Source: Eledone cirrhosa (Eukaryota). Taken from it: a stretch of DNA of 64,000 nucleotides. The stretch covers positions 379,378,001-379,442,000 of the forward strand of contig OZ024740.1 of NCBI GenBank assembly GCA_964016885.1. The letters run 5' to 3'. Positions 38,993 through 53,334 of this stretch are shown here, piece by piece. The notes under the pieces are model-generated. The model was not told the DNA's origin and made no database searches. It worked only from the letters and a program-made list of their open reading frames with translations. Made by a program: the position numbers and the translations under genes. Numbering within the stretch: the stretch's first letter is position 1; every line of letters begins with the position of its first letter.

Positions 38993-39512
38993 AATATATT
39001 AATCTATATCTTTTATAACTTACTTATATCTATGTATGTGTGTGTGTGTGTGCACGTATATATATATATATATTGTTTGTAGTTGTTGTGTTGTTTATCC
39101 GTAAGGGTTGCGAAATGACTTCTCGTTGATAAGCGGGTTTAAGACGGGAAAAGCATTCCACGTCAGTTGTATCTATCCAGCTTAGAGGTAGCGATCAAAC
39201 GTAATGTATGAACTAAACTTTAAGACAGAAAATTACATAATCATATTACAAATATGATTCTGTAAATTCTTTCTTAACCTTTATTTCATATATGTGTGTG
39301 TGTGTGAGTGTGACAGATATGAGTTTAATATATATAGAAACGGAAGCACTCAATGCTAGAGAGGTAATGTTTAACTATGTAATGCAACGAGCTGTTAGTA
39401 TAGTGTCAGCTACAAATCGTTTCTTGTGTTGTATCGTAGTCACGCAAAAATCTCTACCGGGCATACTAAAGTTCAAAATGTGTCTTTCTTTATTGCGTAA
39501 GAAAGCACAAGT

Positions 39513-39708
39513 CAGACCTGTCAACTCTTCCCATCTGACGGGGAGATCTCCCACCCACTTTGGGGTGGGTGAGAGATGTCTTCTCTTGTGAAAATGGGTG
39601 CAGTTTTCATTATGTAAAATCTCTCCATTTTTGCCGCATTTCTCCCCCTTTTGGGCACTTCTTTTTCATGCTGCTCCCCGTTTGGGTTTTTAGATGTTGG
39701 CAGGTCTG
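39513..39708. mobile_element. MITE with short TIRs and 6-bp TSD
   Basis: cagacctgtcaac ... gttggcaggtctg; ACAAGT on both sides. Confidence 0.85.
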
Positions 39709-41003
39709 ACAAGTTATTTATAAAATATTTGAAACATTCTGGATGTGTCAGCAAAGTAGAAAAACTGACATCACTCAGATTTCCATTTGAGGAATTATTT
39801 CTCTTAACTTAAGATTAGTTGTAACTAAGTCGAACAAAAATTATAGAGCATCTCCAATTTCGATAGACATTTGGTTGCATAAATAAATATATCCCCTGAC
39901 GTATTTGTCGAAGCCGCTCTGGAGGTACAGCACATTAATAATTGCACATTTGTACCTGAGCTACATAGGTATGCGAATATCGATACTACATCATAACATT
40001 TTTCAGGTCATGCATTATACTTCATAAGAGAGCGAACTGATTGAGTCGTCAGAATGTCACATAGAATTATCTACGGTATTCGGCTCTGAGTTCAAATCCT
40101 GTCGAAGTCCACTTTGCCTTTCATTCTTTCGATGTCAAAAAAAAACCCTGTCCAGCACTGGGGTCGATTATTCTTCTATAGCTCATTTTCAGTTCTCTCT
40201 CTCTCCATCTCTCTCTCTCTCTCCCCCCTCCCTCTCTCTCTCTTTCTCAACACACACACGCGCATACACGTGCACACACATACATGCACTCACAGACACA
40301 CCTTCTCTCTCTATTTCCTTCTCTGGAAGAAATCTTCTGTGTCCAGACCTGGAAAGGGGACAGGTTCTTCCATGTTTAAAGTGCCTAGAACACGCCATAT
40401 ATCACTACAGCGGCCCTGCGAATGCATTAGGAGTTACAGCTCCATACATACATACAAACTATACTTCATACTTTAGCTTTTAGTTTTCACCTTATGTATC
40501 CACACCTCACTTCTAGAACATTCCAGCTAAATACTTCTCATACTTCAATCCACCAGACTTATTTACCTATCTAGACATATATCTGCTTTTCTCTTCCCTT
40601 TATAATTCTATCTATCTTTCTGGCTTTCCCTCTTTTTTTTAATGTTATCTAATTATTTAGTCATTTTGTACAATACCTCTTCATAGAAAGGAGATACGTA
40701 AAGCATGGCTTTCCCCATTGACAAACTTAAATGCATCAATTATATTTTAATCAATTTTCTTTCACGGCGAAGACAGAAGTATTAAGCCACAGCTTTAGCT
40801 AAAGAGCGCTTTATGTGTCTATGACATAACGCATATTACACAATATATAGTCAATTGTATTCTGAAAGTTAATTGAATTACATATACACACACACATAAA
40901 ATTACAATTTATGTAGCGATATTTTTGTATGTATATATATATATATATATATATAGTATAAAAAAACGAAAAATCAGTGATGCATCTGGACTCAGTTTAT
41001 TGC

Positions 41004-41092
41004 GTGTTACAATTGTTTCGCCGGCAGGTAGCTCGAGACATGATCACTGTATGGATCTGGCTGATTCTACGGCTGTAGGTTCCTTCAGACAC
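41004..41092 (-). ncRNA. Hammerhead-like fold followed by AATAAA
   Basis: gtgt-CTGAAGG-...-GAAA-caatt-GTA-acac gc aataaa; palindromic ACAATTGT; A9>G variant. Confidence 0.5.
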
Positions 41093-41309
41093 AGGCAGTT
41101 CGTTCGGAGCAAATTTTCTCACTGGGGTGTTATCGTCAAAAAACATCTTCCACTCTTGTCATACCATTGGCTGTTGTTATTCCACGTCATCTTAAGTTCT
41201 GGTCACTATTTACTGCTACACGGGTCATCAGCCATTTTCCGGCTGACACACTTCAATGGAGCCCTGCTGGGTTCGGTATCTCATACGTCTGTTCACACTT
41301 CAGAGTATG

Positions 41310-42118
41310 TACCCACATATATACACACACACACATACACACACGCGCGCAGGCACACACGCATGCATGCATACACATATGTACGGATACATGTGTAGAC
41401 ACACATATCCCCATACACATATATATACACACACACTCTCCCTCTCTTCCACAAACCCAGGCACACCCATATCCAGATACCAATCGACACATGCTTATTG
41501 GCGCCTGCCTAAACAGCGCCATACATCCGGTCTCACACGCACGTATACGCGCACACACACGCAGACACACACGTCCACGCATACAAAGACACATATCGGC
41601 GTTCGGGCACATCAGCACATATATACACAAACACTCTCAGACACATACATGGATACACACGCACATACACGCATATCCTTATTGATATGCATCAAGGACA
41701 GACACACTTCCAAAGACATAAGCACACATACACACAAATACACACACCTGTACATATATCTACACACAAGTACATGTACCCGCATATAAACACATAGACA
41801 AACCCTGTCCTATGTGGGTGTACGTATGCGCCCAGACACACACACACCCACTGACAGATACTCACACCATATATATATATATATATTTATATGTGTGTGT
41901 ACATAGACACACACACATATACACACGCATGCAGACACACACGTATACACATATACATATATGTATACGCACACATACATACACATATACATGTACACAC
42001 GCACATACACATACATACTTATACGCACATATTTCCATATGTGTACACACACACACGCAAACATACACATATACACACACATACGCGCGCACATATACCT
42101 ACGCACAACCTTATATAC

Positions 42119-42168
<50 letters not shown>
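41310..42168. repeat. Long compound (CA/TA) low-complexity tract; continues at 45472-46320
   Basis: Degenerate ACAC/ATAC/ATAT units; representative of dozens of (TA)n, (CA)n and (GA)n tracts across the window. Confidence 0.9.
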
Positions 42169-42170
<2 letters not shown>

Positions 42171-45100
42171 AAGGCGGGTAAAATTCCCGAGATCCATGGA
42201 CGAGTTCTCTCCAGCGGTCTCTGTCCCTCATTATCGCTGCCATATCCTGCATCTCCAACAGACCAGTGTCTGTCCTTAGGGCATCAACATATGTTAACCT
42301 TGGTCTTCCTCTTCTAGTGTGTCCATGTAGGGGCTCCCAAAGGAGCACTGAGTGCAATGTCAACTCTGGATGTCGGTGAGCATGTCCAGCCAACCTCAGT
42401 CTTCTCTGTGTCACTTTTGAGCTGACTTTTGGGATGCTCCCATACAGCTCTGAGTTTTTCATCCTCAGTGTATACTGATTAATGTTCAGAGCCATCCTCA
42501 GCATTCTCGTGTAGCACCCATCCACCATCTGAGTGAGTCTCTTGGTCAGTGTCCAAGTCTCAGACCCATACAGCAGCACAGACTCCACTACAGCAATGAA
42601 GAGGCGGATTTTCAGGTCTCTACGAAGGTCTGACTTCCACACCGATCTCAAGCTGTGACACGCCGCCCAGGCCTTGCTCTTCCTCTCAACCACATCATCT
42701 TCCGTATTCCCAATCTTTGCTCCCAAATACAGGAAGTCCTCAACCAATTCCAGCGGCTTCCCGCCTACATTAGTGATCCCCTCTGGCTTCTCAACATTCT
42801 CTACCAGATATTTTGTTTTAGTCTCATTCATTCTCAGCCCCACACTCATCGACACAGTCTCAACCTCCCGCATCAAATCCCCTGCCTCCTTCACTGTATT
42901 TGTCACCAAAACTATGTCGTCGGCAAACTCAGCATCCGATACCTTTTTCGCCCCAATTCTCCTGCTCTGAGCCGGTGCCACAGTAAAGCCAGAGTCCTGG
43001 TGTTTCTCCAGTGCAAGGCGCATACAATAGTCCACTACGATGATAAAAAGGTAGGGAGCCAATGTATCTCCCTGGAGCACTCCAGCCAGTATCTCAAAGA
43101 ACTCTGTCATCCCATCAGGTGTAATGACTTGGGCTTTGGTGTTGGTGTAGAGCAGTGATATCAGGTCCACTATCCTCTTGGGGATTCCATAAGCCTGTAA
43201 GATCTTCATCAGGCAGTAACGGTCCACAGAATCAAAGGCCTTCCTAAAGTCAATGAAAACCATGACCGCAGGAAGGCACTTTGCTCTAGCTCCCTCTAAT
43301 ATCCTCCTCAGCATCAGGATGTGACTGGTGGTTGATCTACCCTCTCTGAAGCCGTTCTGGTTGTCCCTGAGCTTCTTCTCCATCTCAGGCTGGATCCTGT
43401 TAAGAATCATCCTGTTGAGGGTCTTTGCCACAAGTGACGTCAGTGAGATCCCCCGGTAGTTGTTGGTGTTAGAGAGATCTCCCTTCTTTGGCACTGGGAC
43501 GATGTTACTGATCCTCCACTGATTCGGGGCAACTCCTTTCTCCAGTGCCCCGTTACAGAACCCCAGGATGATATCATCAAAATCACACCTCTTCATCACC
43601 TCTGATGCCACTCCATCCTCTCCATGAGCCTTGCCCTCCTTGATCTTCTTCTTGGCTCTCTGAAGCTCCTCTCTGGTGAAGGGCTCTGTCTCAACATCCA
43701 GTTCCTCAAACAGCCGCCTGATCTCCCCAGTGCTCTGGGCTGTGGAGGGTGGCTCTCCTAGTAGGGTCCTAAAATGGTCTAGCCATTTCCTCTTCCTATC
43801 CTCGGGCCCCGTTCCCTGGATCTGACTCGAACACCTTTTCTTCCTCCCTGTGATCTCGTTGATGATCATCCAGCTCTCCTTACATCCAGATCTGTCAACC
43901 GCTCTCTCCACACTTCTGATCTTCTCTATCAGTGCCTCCTCTCTGACCTCAGTGTAAGCGGTACAGAGCTCTTCCCTCATCACCTCCACAGTCTCCATCC
44001 TCTCCTCCGTAGGATCAGCATAGAATTGGTCCCTGGCAGCTTTCAGGTGTTCTCTGGCTGCACACACTTTTGGGTTTGCAGAGCTGACGTGCTTCCATTT
44101 GTTCTTTTTCCTCGGCACCAGGGTTTCACTTGCTTTCGCCACTGCATTGGTGAAGTGCCCGTACCTCCTCGTCACACTCTCCTCAGTCCATCCAATCTCT
44201 CTCTCCTCTGACTCTCCACACAGAGCACTAAACCTGTTTCTCACTTCCACTGTGAACCTCTCCTGTAGCTTATCATCTTCCCTGAAAGCTCCCCAGTCAT
44301 AGATTGTTCTCCGGGGCTGAGCCTTGCTCTTTCTTAAGCTCACGCGGACCTCACTCATAACAAGCCGGTGGTCACTACCCAGTGTACTGAAATAGCTGTA
44401 TGGTTCCGTGTTCAGAACACTATTCCGCCACTTTTTCCTCACCAGAATGAAATCAATCTGGGACTTGGACAGGTGCATATCTGAGATGTAGGTCCACATC
44501 TTCCCCAGATTCTTCCTAAACCTTAGGTTGGTCGCCATCAAGTTCGCCTCCAGCAGGGTGTCTCTCAGTAGTCTTCCATTTCGGTTGGTGTTGTTATGGA
44601 AGTACCAGCAAGGATCTTCACTGCCCTCCTTACTCAGATGTGCATTGAAGTCCCCCAAAACAAGCAGGATAGTGTGTGCCTGAGTGGTGTTGACAGCTCT
44701 ACACACCTCCTCATGGAACTCCTCGGCATTCACATCACTGTCCCCCTCGGTTGGACTATAGGCTGAGATGACTGTCAGTCTTGGGTTTCCATTGAAGGTC
44801 ACCCTCAACACTCGCGGGGAGATAGGCATTATTTCCCTCACCAACAGATTGGTTTTTGCACTGAACACAAAACCCACTCCTCCTACTGCAGCGTTTGTTG
44901 TGTTCTTCACTGCCGATGTAGTGATGAGCTGGCTCTTCCTCCCGATCATCACACTCCTCACGGGCTCATCGTGTAGAATCCCGTGTTCTTGGATCGCAAG
45001 TATCTGTATACCACTCTCCTCGAACAGATGTCCCAACTCCTCTCTCTTCTCCAGCGTTCGAATAGTCCTCACATTCAAAGTGCCCATTTTGATGGCTCTT

Positions 45101-45303
45101 CTGCAGGACAAAACTGCATTCTTTATATTTGTCTCAGAGACAGCTGATCCATCATCCACTGGCCCTCTCTGTGGCTCTAAGCCAGCAGAGTCATAACGAC
45201 CAGGCTGATCCTTGACAGTGTAATTAGGGGCTCTAACCCTAGTGCTGTTAGATCGACTCTCCATATTTCTTTTCAATGGCTGACAATACCTTACCGGCGC
45301 CAC
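42169..45303 (-). CDS. RTE-clade LINE ORF (APE endonuclease + reverse transcriptase), uninterrupted 1044 aa
   Basis: GTLNVRT, QE, GVGF, YSPT, GDFNA, SQIDF and SDH (APE); YRGISL, QNGFR, FIDFRKAFDSV, GVLQGDTLAPYLF, FADD and YLG (RT); C-terminal LLYGSETW...RLAGH...GRPRLTY typical of RTE. True start may be the Met at MESRSNS. Confidence 0.96.
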
Positions 45304-45471
45304 TCGAGTAAGGTAGTTATTTAACCCATAACTGGAGCCCTAACAGGTACTACCACCCCGGGCCAGGGCAGACCTGGGAGTCATGACAACTAAGGGGTAA
45401 CTCCACATTCCCCACATCTCCTGAACTCCCGAACTGGAGCTGGATGTAGTTTAATGTCATACCCAGGACAT
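42169..45471 (-). mobile_element. Full-length RTE LINE inserted in (TA)n
   Basis: ORF plus an ~170 bp GC-richer 5' UTR (45304-45471); both ends abut (TA)n; the stop codon runs directly into the tail. Confidence 0.9.
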
Positions 45472-45472
45472 A

Positions 45473-45551
<79 letters not shown>

Positions 45552-46329
45552 CATACAAACTACACATACGTACACCTAACTACATACACACATACGTACA
45601 CACACATATATATAAAAAAACTCTACATGCATACGCACACCCACATATATACATACATATATACATGCACACATATATACATGTACATATACATACGCAC
45701 ACGGACGGCCACATGCACACACATGCACATATGCATATTTTCTTCACACACATGCTTCCACTATACAAATATAAACAAAACCGTAAAATAAATATATAAT
45801 ATATAATAAAAAATACAATATACAATAAAATAACAATAAAATAACATAACATAAAATAACAATATAGTATACAATATAATATACATATATATATATATAT
45901 ACGTGCTTACATATTCATACATACATATATATATACATACACAATGGATATATGATAAAATAATACATAATAAAATGAATATATAATCCATCCGTACACA
46001 TTCCTGTGGGATGTACACATATATATATACGCATAAATACACATACATATAGAGACCCACATATACATACATACGCACACATACATATATATACATACGC
46101 ACCCACATACACACACATACTCATACACAGCTATACATATATATATATATACACACAGCCACATTGTATATACATGTACATGCATGCACACATACACACC
46201 CCCATACACACACACGTATATATATATATACATACACACATACATATACATACGCACAGGTCTACACATAAAAACACACATATAAACACAATAAGATAAT
46301 AAAATAAAATAAATAAATTTACAATATGT

Positions 46330-47780
46330 TAAAATACATTAAAATCTGTATGTAACTTCACAAAGAGATAAATAAAAAAAGGGGTGAGGTACAGGTGAAG
46401 GTGCGTGTATCCATGTGTTATACTACACACAGGTAGTATGAGGTGCAAACATAGGTACTTATATGGAACAAGTAACAATAACAAAACAATAATAACAGTA
46501 ATAATAATTGTTCCAAAGTGGAACATGTGGAGAGTGTATACTCACGATTGACGGGGTACACATTCAAGGGGACACTTAGCCCGGTCACCATGGAGTATGC
46601 CACCGTGGTTGGGGTGTTCTGTTCTATATGTTTGGGGTATTTGACTGGACGACCGTGGACTACGTGTTAGCCGGTCCCGACATAGGCGATGTACCTGCCC
46701 AATGTTGCGTGCTCGGTCAGGTGTACACCCTTGTTTATTTATGTTTTCCACATGGGTCGCACAATGTCATCAGGGCATGGTGTCAGGTCGCTTAATCCCT
46801 TTGGGCCGCTCGGGTCTGTGCGTACCCGATCCCATACCCCTGGCCTGTGCCACCCGGAGGATTCCATGCTGAAAATGTGCATCTTCTCTGGTGTCTGCAG
46901 GTCATGATAATTTCAGACTTCAGGTTGACCGCGTCATCTTTCAGTCTGACTATCTCCATGGCCTCGTGTAGACATAATCGGCACTTTCTACTTCCAGCCG
47001 AATATGCCCTCGCATGGCGAACGACACTCCATTCCAGGGCGTACGGAGTGCCTTGGTCTTTCAGGTCCCACACCAGGTCCGCTAACCTAGTGGAGTGCCT
47101 TTTGCTACGGTCCCTGAAGGAATTCGTGTGATTATACATCCGCGATTTAAAGGTCGTGGATGTTGCGCCGATATAGGTGCGATGCGCATTTTGGGTTGTA
47201 ACCACACACTTGTATATCAGGTCCTTCGTCAGACATTTTCCCTGCAGGGGCACTGGGTGCCCGCTCTGCAGTTACAAGTTCTATTGTCGGTTCTTTCGCA
47301 TCTGATGTCTGGGCCTCGATCTGTTATGGCCCTCTCAGGGTTCACAGGGTGTTGCTCCGCCGACACTGTGGTCTCCCATATGTCACTCGTTCCCTCCCGG
47401 CGTTGGACCACATCACCTTTCGGGGGCCGGGTTGTCATTTGAGGGCTGGTCCCCCGCGATCCGATAGACGGTCATTCTGTTGCCGCGTTTGGCGGCCATT
47501 GCTGGCCATCTTCCCCGCGTTAGTTTTAGCCATGTAGTCGGCCATGTTAGGTGCTGTGGAGAAGGAAAACTTCACCATGTGGCGGTTGAAGATTTTGTGG
47601 TACTTGTTCGTCGGCGGGAAGCACTCATCCAACGCTCGGGAAAAAAGTCCTGGCACGTTGGTGCGTACATGTTTGGAGTAAGGCGCATTAAACCAAGTAA
47701 CGGCCTTAGATCTGTATGAATATCGAGTGCTAATTTTGGCATACCGCCTATGGAAGCACCATAGCTACCATTATACACAC
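46330..47780 (-). mobile_element. Second Naiad-like PLE remnant (thumb, linker, GIY-YIG, 3' UTR)
   Basis: WFNAPYS...FP..KYHKIFN...K.SFS..PNM; CNCRAGTQCP (CxCx5C; 1-bp frameshift) LQGKC..DLIY...YIG.T...FK.R...H...CRLC..E...VN.KSE...CRH. Confidence 0.88.
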
Positions 47781-48365
47781 GTGTATATATGTATATATAT
47801 ATGTATATACATATATATTTATATATATGTGTGTGTGTGTGTGCGCGCGTGTGTATGTATGGGTCGATCTGTAGGTGGCCGTGAGTGTAGTTGTGGTGTA
47901 TCTATGCATGCTTTATGTATGTATAGATTGGAGGTACGGTTTCAATCTCCCTATATATATGTGTGTGTGCGTGTATGTGTGTGTGCGTGTGTGAGTGTGC
48001 GTGCGTGTACATGTGTGTGTGTATTTATGTATGTATTAAAACGACAACAGAAGTCCGTACTGGAAGATATGCTGTAAATGTTTATTCTGTGAAATCCCTA
48101 TACATATTTCAAAGGCTCAGCTCCATCATAATTGGATGATGAAACTGGACCATTGAAATATATATAGTAGTTTCACAGAATAAACAATTACAACATATCT
48201 TCCAATAGGGACTTCTGTTGTCGTTTTAAATAGTTTACTCCGTTTCCTGCGCCAACCACTGGATTCCACATCTACGATGGGAGACATCCATAATGTCGAG
48301 TGCTTTAGTAATTAGTTACATCCTGATTTGCCTACCAGAACCACCAACAGAATAACTTAAATGGA

Positions 48366-48489
<124 letters not shown>

Positions 48490-49093
48490 AAGCGCGGTCA
48501 CGGCGCCAAGCCAAAGACTTAGATACCTTTCTGCATATTCTGCAGCGAAAGAAAAAAGGAAAGACTATGCTCCACGCCATACACGTGAAAGTCGCTTAGA
48601 TCAAATGATGCTTGTGCTTAAAGTGTTTTTTAAGTGAAAAACAAAGCCTTTTACTGGACCAATCCCACACTTTGAACAACGGGGACTGGTACATAATTAT
48701 ACATACATATATATAATTCATTTTATTTGGGATAAATTACTTTTAAAAATACTGACAATCTTTAGTTAGTCAGGGAATGTTCATTCACTGAGATTTATTA
48801 CATCCAAGCCATGCAGAAAATGGTCGTAGTTGAGTTTCATACAAATGCGCAAAGTGTTAAAAATATAAAATGCCAAATAAAATTTTACTTTTACAATTTT
48901 GTTTGGGAAACTTACGGTAGTCTCTTTTTGAAATACTGCACTGATTTGCATAATTACTCTAAAATAATTATACGTCTAATCAGTAAATTTGTCGAAAGTC
49001 TATTGCTGTGCCTGAGGTTATACAATATCTTTCGTTTACTCGTTAGTAACAAAATAGAAAATTTTTTGAGAACGCCAACAAACATCTTCCCAA

Positions 49094-49162
<69 letters not shown>

Positions 49163-49169
49163 CTCTTTC

Positions 49170-49253
<84 letters not shown>

Positions 49254-49986
49254 CGCAGACTAGAGAGGAACGAAGCTTGCATGCTCCGCTGGATGTGTAA
49301 CAGTAATATACGTGAACGGCAAAGCATAAACGAACTAAGGAAAAAATTAGAAATAAGAGGGATCAGATGTTGTTTACTCGAGAGAAGGCTACGTTGGTAT
49401 GGACACGTGATGCGCATGAAAGTCGATAGCTGTATAACAAAGTGCAGGGCAATAAAGATAGACGGTAGCCACGGAATAGGCAGACCTAGAAAAACCTGGG
49501 ACGAGCTGATAAACTCCGACCTCACACGCTTACACCTCTCCAAGACAATGTCACTGGACCGAGACCTTTGGCGGTACTCAGTAATAGAGAAGACTCGCCT
49601 TACCTAAATACATAGTAAAACCTACTACAGTCAGTAGGCATCTCTAACAAAATACACCACCCCCACCCCATCCACACCGCCCCCTTCTATGTAAAGTTAT
49701 GTTGGTGCCACACCATCCAGGCCGAAACAAATGAGATTGTGTAGGTGTCACGACAAAAAAACACACAGTCCACGCTGTAATGTGGCCGTGTAGGCAACAC
49801 GGTAAAAACCTCCCAGACCCACACTGTAAATGTGGTTGGTGTTAGGAAGGGCATCCAACTGTAGAAAACCTGCCAGACAGTCCTATGCGAGCAAGACAAT
49901 CACTCTTGCCTCAAGTGGGAAAACCCCCGTCCAAACCCAGGCAAGCGTGGAACACGGACGTTAAACGTTGATGATGATGATGATGA
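49254..49986 (+). mobile_element. 3' fragment of a third RTE-family LINE with 3' UTR and (GAT)n tail
   Basis: RRLERNEACMLRWMCN...RRLRWYGHVMRM...GRPRKTW...DRDLWR; tail gacgttaaacg(ttgatgatgat). Confidence 0.85.
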
Positions 49987-49989
49987 TAT

Positions 49990-50220
49990 ATATAAAATAC
50001 AATATGTTGAAAACGTAACACACTAGAGAGAGATAGTAATTAAAAATATAAATTAAAGTGTATATACAAATTGTATATACACTTTAATTTATATTTTTAA
50101 TTACTGTGTGTCTACCCTGCCTTTCATAGGTTATAGATTCCATACACTGGTGGTTTTTCCCTGTTTTATTGATGGCGCACTATCTCTCTCTAGTGTATTA
50201 CCTTTTCAACATATTGTATT
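49990..50220. repeat. Asymmetric fold-back; family copy at ~63260-63410
   Basis: aaattaaagtgtatatacaa/ttgtatatacactttaattt apex; outer arms aatacaatatgttgaaaa / ttttcaacatattgtatt. Confidence 0.75.
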
Positions 50221-50637
50221 TTAAAGAGCTCAGGATTCCTTCTCCTTTGAGCACATTATTGACAGGGAATAGCGAGAGTCTATGGCTCCGTTAATCTATC
50301 GTGATATATATATAACCAACAGTTTATATGGTTCGTTGATTTATTCAACGAATTCAATTTTACAATAGATTAGAAGCACTCGACATTAATTTTATCTGGA
50401 GTATTTAATATTATTCAAAATATTAATAAATGAAAAATATTCTCATGACCAAAATATATATTTTATTATACATATTTCAAAGGTACAATGGTGTTTCAGT
50501 ACGTTTTCATCAGATAAAATATATGAGAGATTGGATATGCGACATACTGCTAAGATTTTGATTATTCAATTCCTGTAGTGGTATAAATTTTATCTGATGA
50601 AAACGTTATGAGAATATTTTTCATTATTAATATTTTG

Positions 50638-50721
<84 letters not shown>

Positions 50722-51238
50722 ATAGAGAAATTAATGTAAGCAGAAAGCCTACAATAATTAGACAAATATAGCATCAAGATATAGCATCAAGACTATAGCA
50801 TCAAGATGAAACATTTTTAACGAAAGATATGGGATAAGTAATAAAATCTTAATTCAATAAAATCAAGAAAAAATACTTAACCTTCAATTTGGGAAAACTA
50901 TTTCACGAAACTTTTCAGATTAGTCACGTTTGTCACCGTTCTTCAGTAGTGCTCAATACGTTAACTAAATACCGCTGCTACAATGTCAGGGTGGAATTGG
51001 TAGCAGGCAAGCGAACATCGTGGAGAATTTAAATAACAAAAGCACACGTGGACTCACGCTAGTGATGCCGGGAGGAAACGAAAATCTGTTTATAAGAAAC
51101 AGCAGTCAAAACATTCCAAACAAAACTCAACAAAGATATGGAGTTCAGCCTAAGCAATATTATCGCAGTTTTTTTTTAACAAAAACTGGGATTAGTCACA
51201 AATATTAATAAGCACTCAAGGAAAGCTCCGAGTAAAAT

Positions 51239-51471
<233 letters not shown>

Positions 51472-51488
51472 CATATATATATATATAT

Positions 51489-51541
<53 letters not shown>

Positions 51542-51582
51542 GAAAATAAAACAAAGAAGCCTTCAATACATCAAAAGTCTTT

Positions 51583-51627
51583 ATTAGCCAACAATGTTTC
51601 GTCCGATTAAGGACTCATCAGGGCAAT
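51583..51627 (-). ncRNA. Minimal type I hammerhead fold followed by AATAAA
   Basis: attgcc-CTGATGA-GTCC ttaatc GGAC-GAAA-catt-GTT-ggctaat aaa; canonical GUCC/GGAC stem II. Confidence 0.8.
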
Positions 51628-52139
51628 CAAAACCACAAGAAGTACTATCGGCCAATACAAGCCGAAAACTCCGAAGAATATGGAGTGTACATACACTAAA
51701 GTATTGGAAGATTATGGCTAAAAATATATAATAAAAATCACTAAGGAGGTGGATAACATTTTGAACCATATTACAAATATAGTCCAAAGCAAAATAAACT
51801 AAATATATATATATATATGTATTTCGTTTCTGAATTTGTTTAGCAAGATTCTTTATCTGAAAACGTGTGTTGAAACCGATATTGTTATGCTTTGGGAGGG
51901 TCATGTTGCCAATAAGAAACACACGCACCAGTTGCTTCACTCCAATTTATTATAAATTTAAGAATTTATAAATTTCCGGTTGGTTGGTTCCATAACCGGA
52001 CGATTGCTCACATATTGTCAAAGTTCTTTCGTCACACATTATGTGACCTCTTCGGTGACTGTGGGATTCTTTTCTTTGTTTTTGTGCCTCTCCTTTGTTC
52101 TGTCCTACGCCATCTTGGCATAGGACAGAACAATTTATA

Positions 52140-52480
52140 TTTATATATAACGAAGGAAATGTGGTAAGGAACCAGATGGACCATAACGCACCAAAGTACT
52201 CAATACTTAGAGTAGTAGAGTGGGTAATAGGAACAAGTATGACCCCGACGGCAGAGCTCAAGCCGTTCCGACGGCTAATTCTGGATTAAATAAGAATTTT
52301 TAGCCTGGTAACTAAATAGCCTAGGCTATTTATTTACCAGGAATTAGCCGTCGAAACGGCTTGAGCTCTGCCGTCGGGGTCATACTTGTTCCTATTACCC
52401 ACTCTACTACCCTAAGTATTGAGTACTTTGGTGCGTTATGGTCCATCTGGTTCCTTACCACATTTCCTTCGTTATATATA
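52140..52480. repeat. Fold-back element; family also at 4660-4875 and 52996-53190
   Basis: Arms aacgaaggaaatgtgg...gacggctaattc / gaattagccgtc...ccacatttccttcgtt. Confidence 0.88.
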
Positions 52481-52481
52481 A

Positions 52482-52572
<91 letters not shown>

Positions 52573-52778
52573 ATTATATAACAGAGTTTTGTAGCTTGCT
52601 TGAAGCATTGTTGAATAGGAACCACAAATTTAAGTAGTTTTGAAAACCAAACAATGCATTAAAAATTAAATTAAATCGCTAACATAATAAAAGAATCTTA
52701 CCTTAGAAAATTTAATGATCCCAAATATCTTCGGGTTTAAAAACCCATTATCAAGGGAGTATATATATATATATATAA

Positions 52779-52950
52779 TTCTTTCTACTTTTGGCACAAG
52801 GTCAGCATTAACCCAGTGCATTACTGGTACTTTATTTTTATCGACCCCGTAAGGATGAAAGACAAAGTTAACTCAGAATGGTAAGGACCGTAGCTCTATG
52901 AGTAAAGGCATGGCGTCCGACCCTCTACCGATACTGCCAATCCACCGCCC
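52779..52950 (-). mobile_element. SINE A copy
   Basis: Same body with an internal deletion. Further decayed copies lie near 5760, 25205, 33880, 34497, 35981, 36653, 40030 and 60690. Confidence 0.8.
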
Positions 52951-52997
<47 letters not shown>

Positions 52998-53283
52998 CGA
53001 AGGAAATGTGGTAAAGAACCAGGTGGACCATAACGCACCAAAGTACTCAATACTTAGGGTAGTAGAGTGGGTAATAGGAACAAGTAAGACCCCGACGGCT
53101 GAGCTCAAGCCGTTTCGGCGGCTAATTCTGTCCAGAATTAGCCGTCGAAACGGCTTGAGCTCAGCCGTCGGGGTCTTACTTGTTCCTATATATATATATA
53201 CGTTATTCCGGGTTGAATCGGAGGTAACCACAGTAAGTAAGGTACTCAATACATAGCAGAGTATAAAAGTTTTAATATAGATG

Positions 53284-53334
53284 AGATTCTACAGGACTAG
53301 AACTGTTTCATTCATTAGAAATCATCAGGAATCT
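53284..53334 (-). ncRNA. Type I hammerhead fold (inverted twin of 54542)
   Basis: Reverse complement of 54542-54592. Confidence 0.8.

Noticed and set aside
42655-45196. + strand ORFs overlapping the RTE
   Set aside because: Antisense shadows of the LINE ORF.
45304-45471. HDV-like ribozyme in the RTE 5' UTR
   Set aside because: gac-tcccag-gtc resembles P3/L3, but P1, P1.1 and J4/2 could not be assembled consistently.
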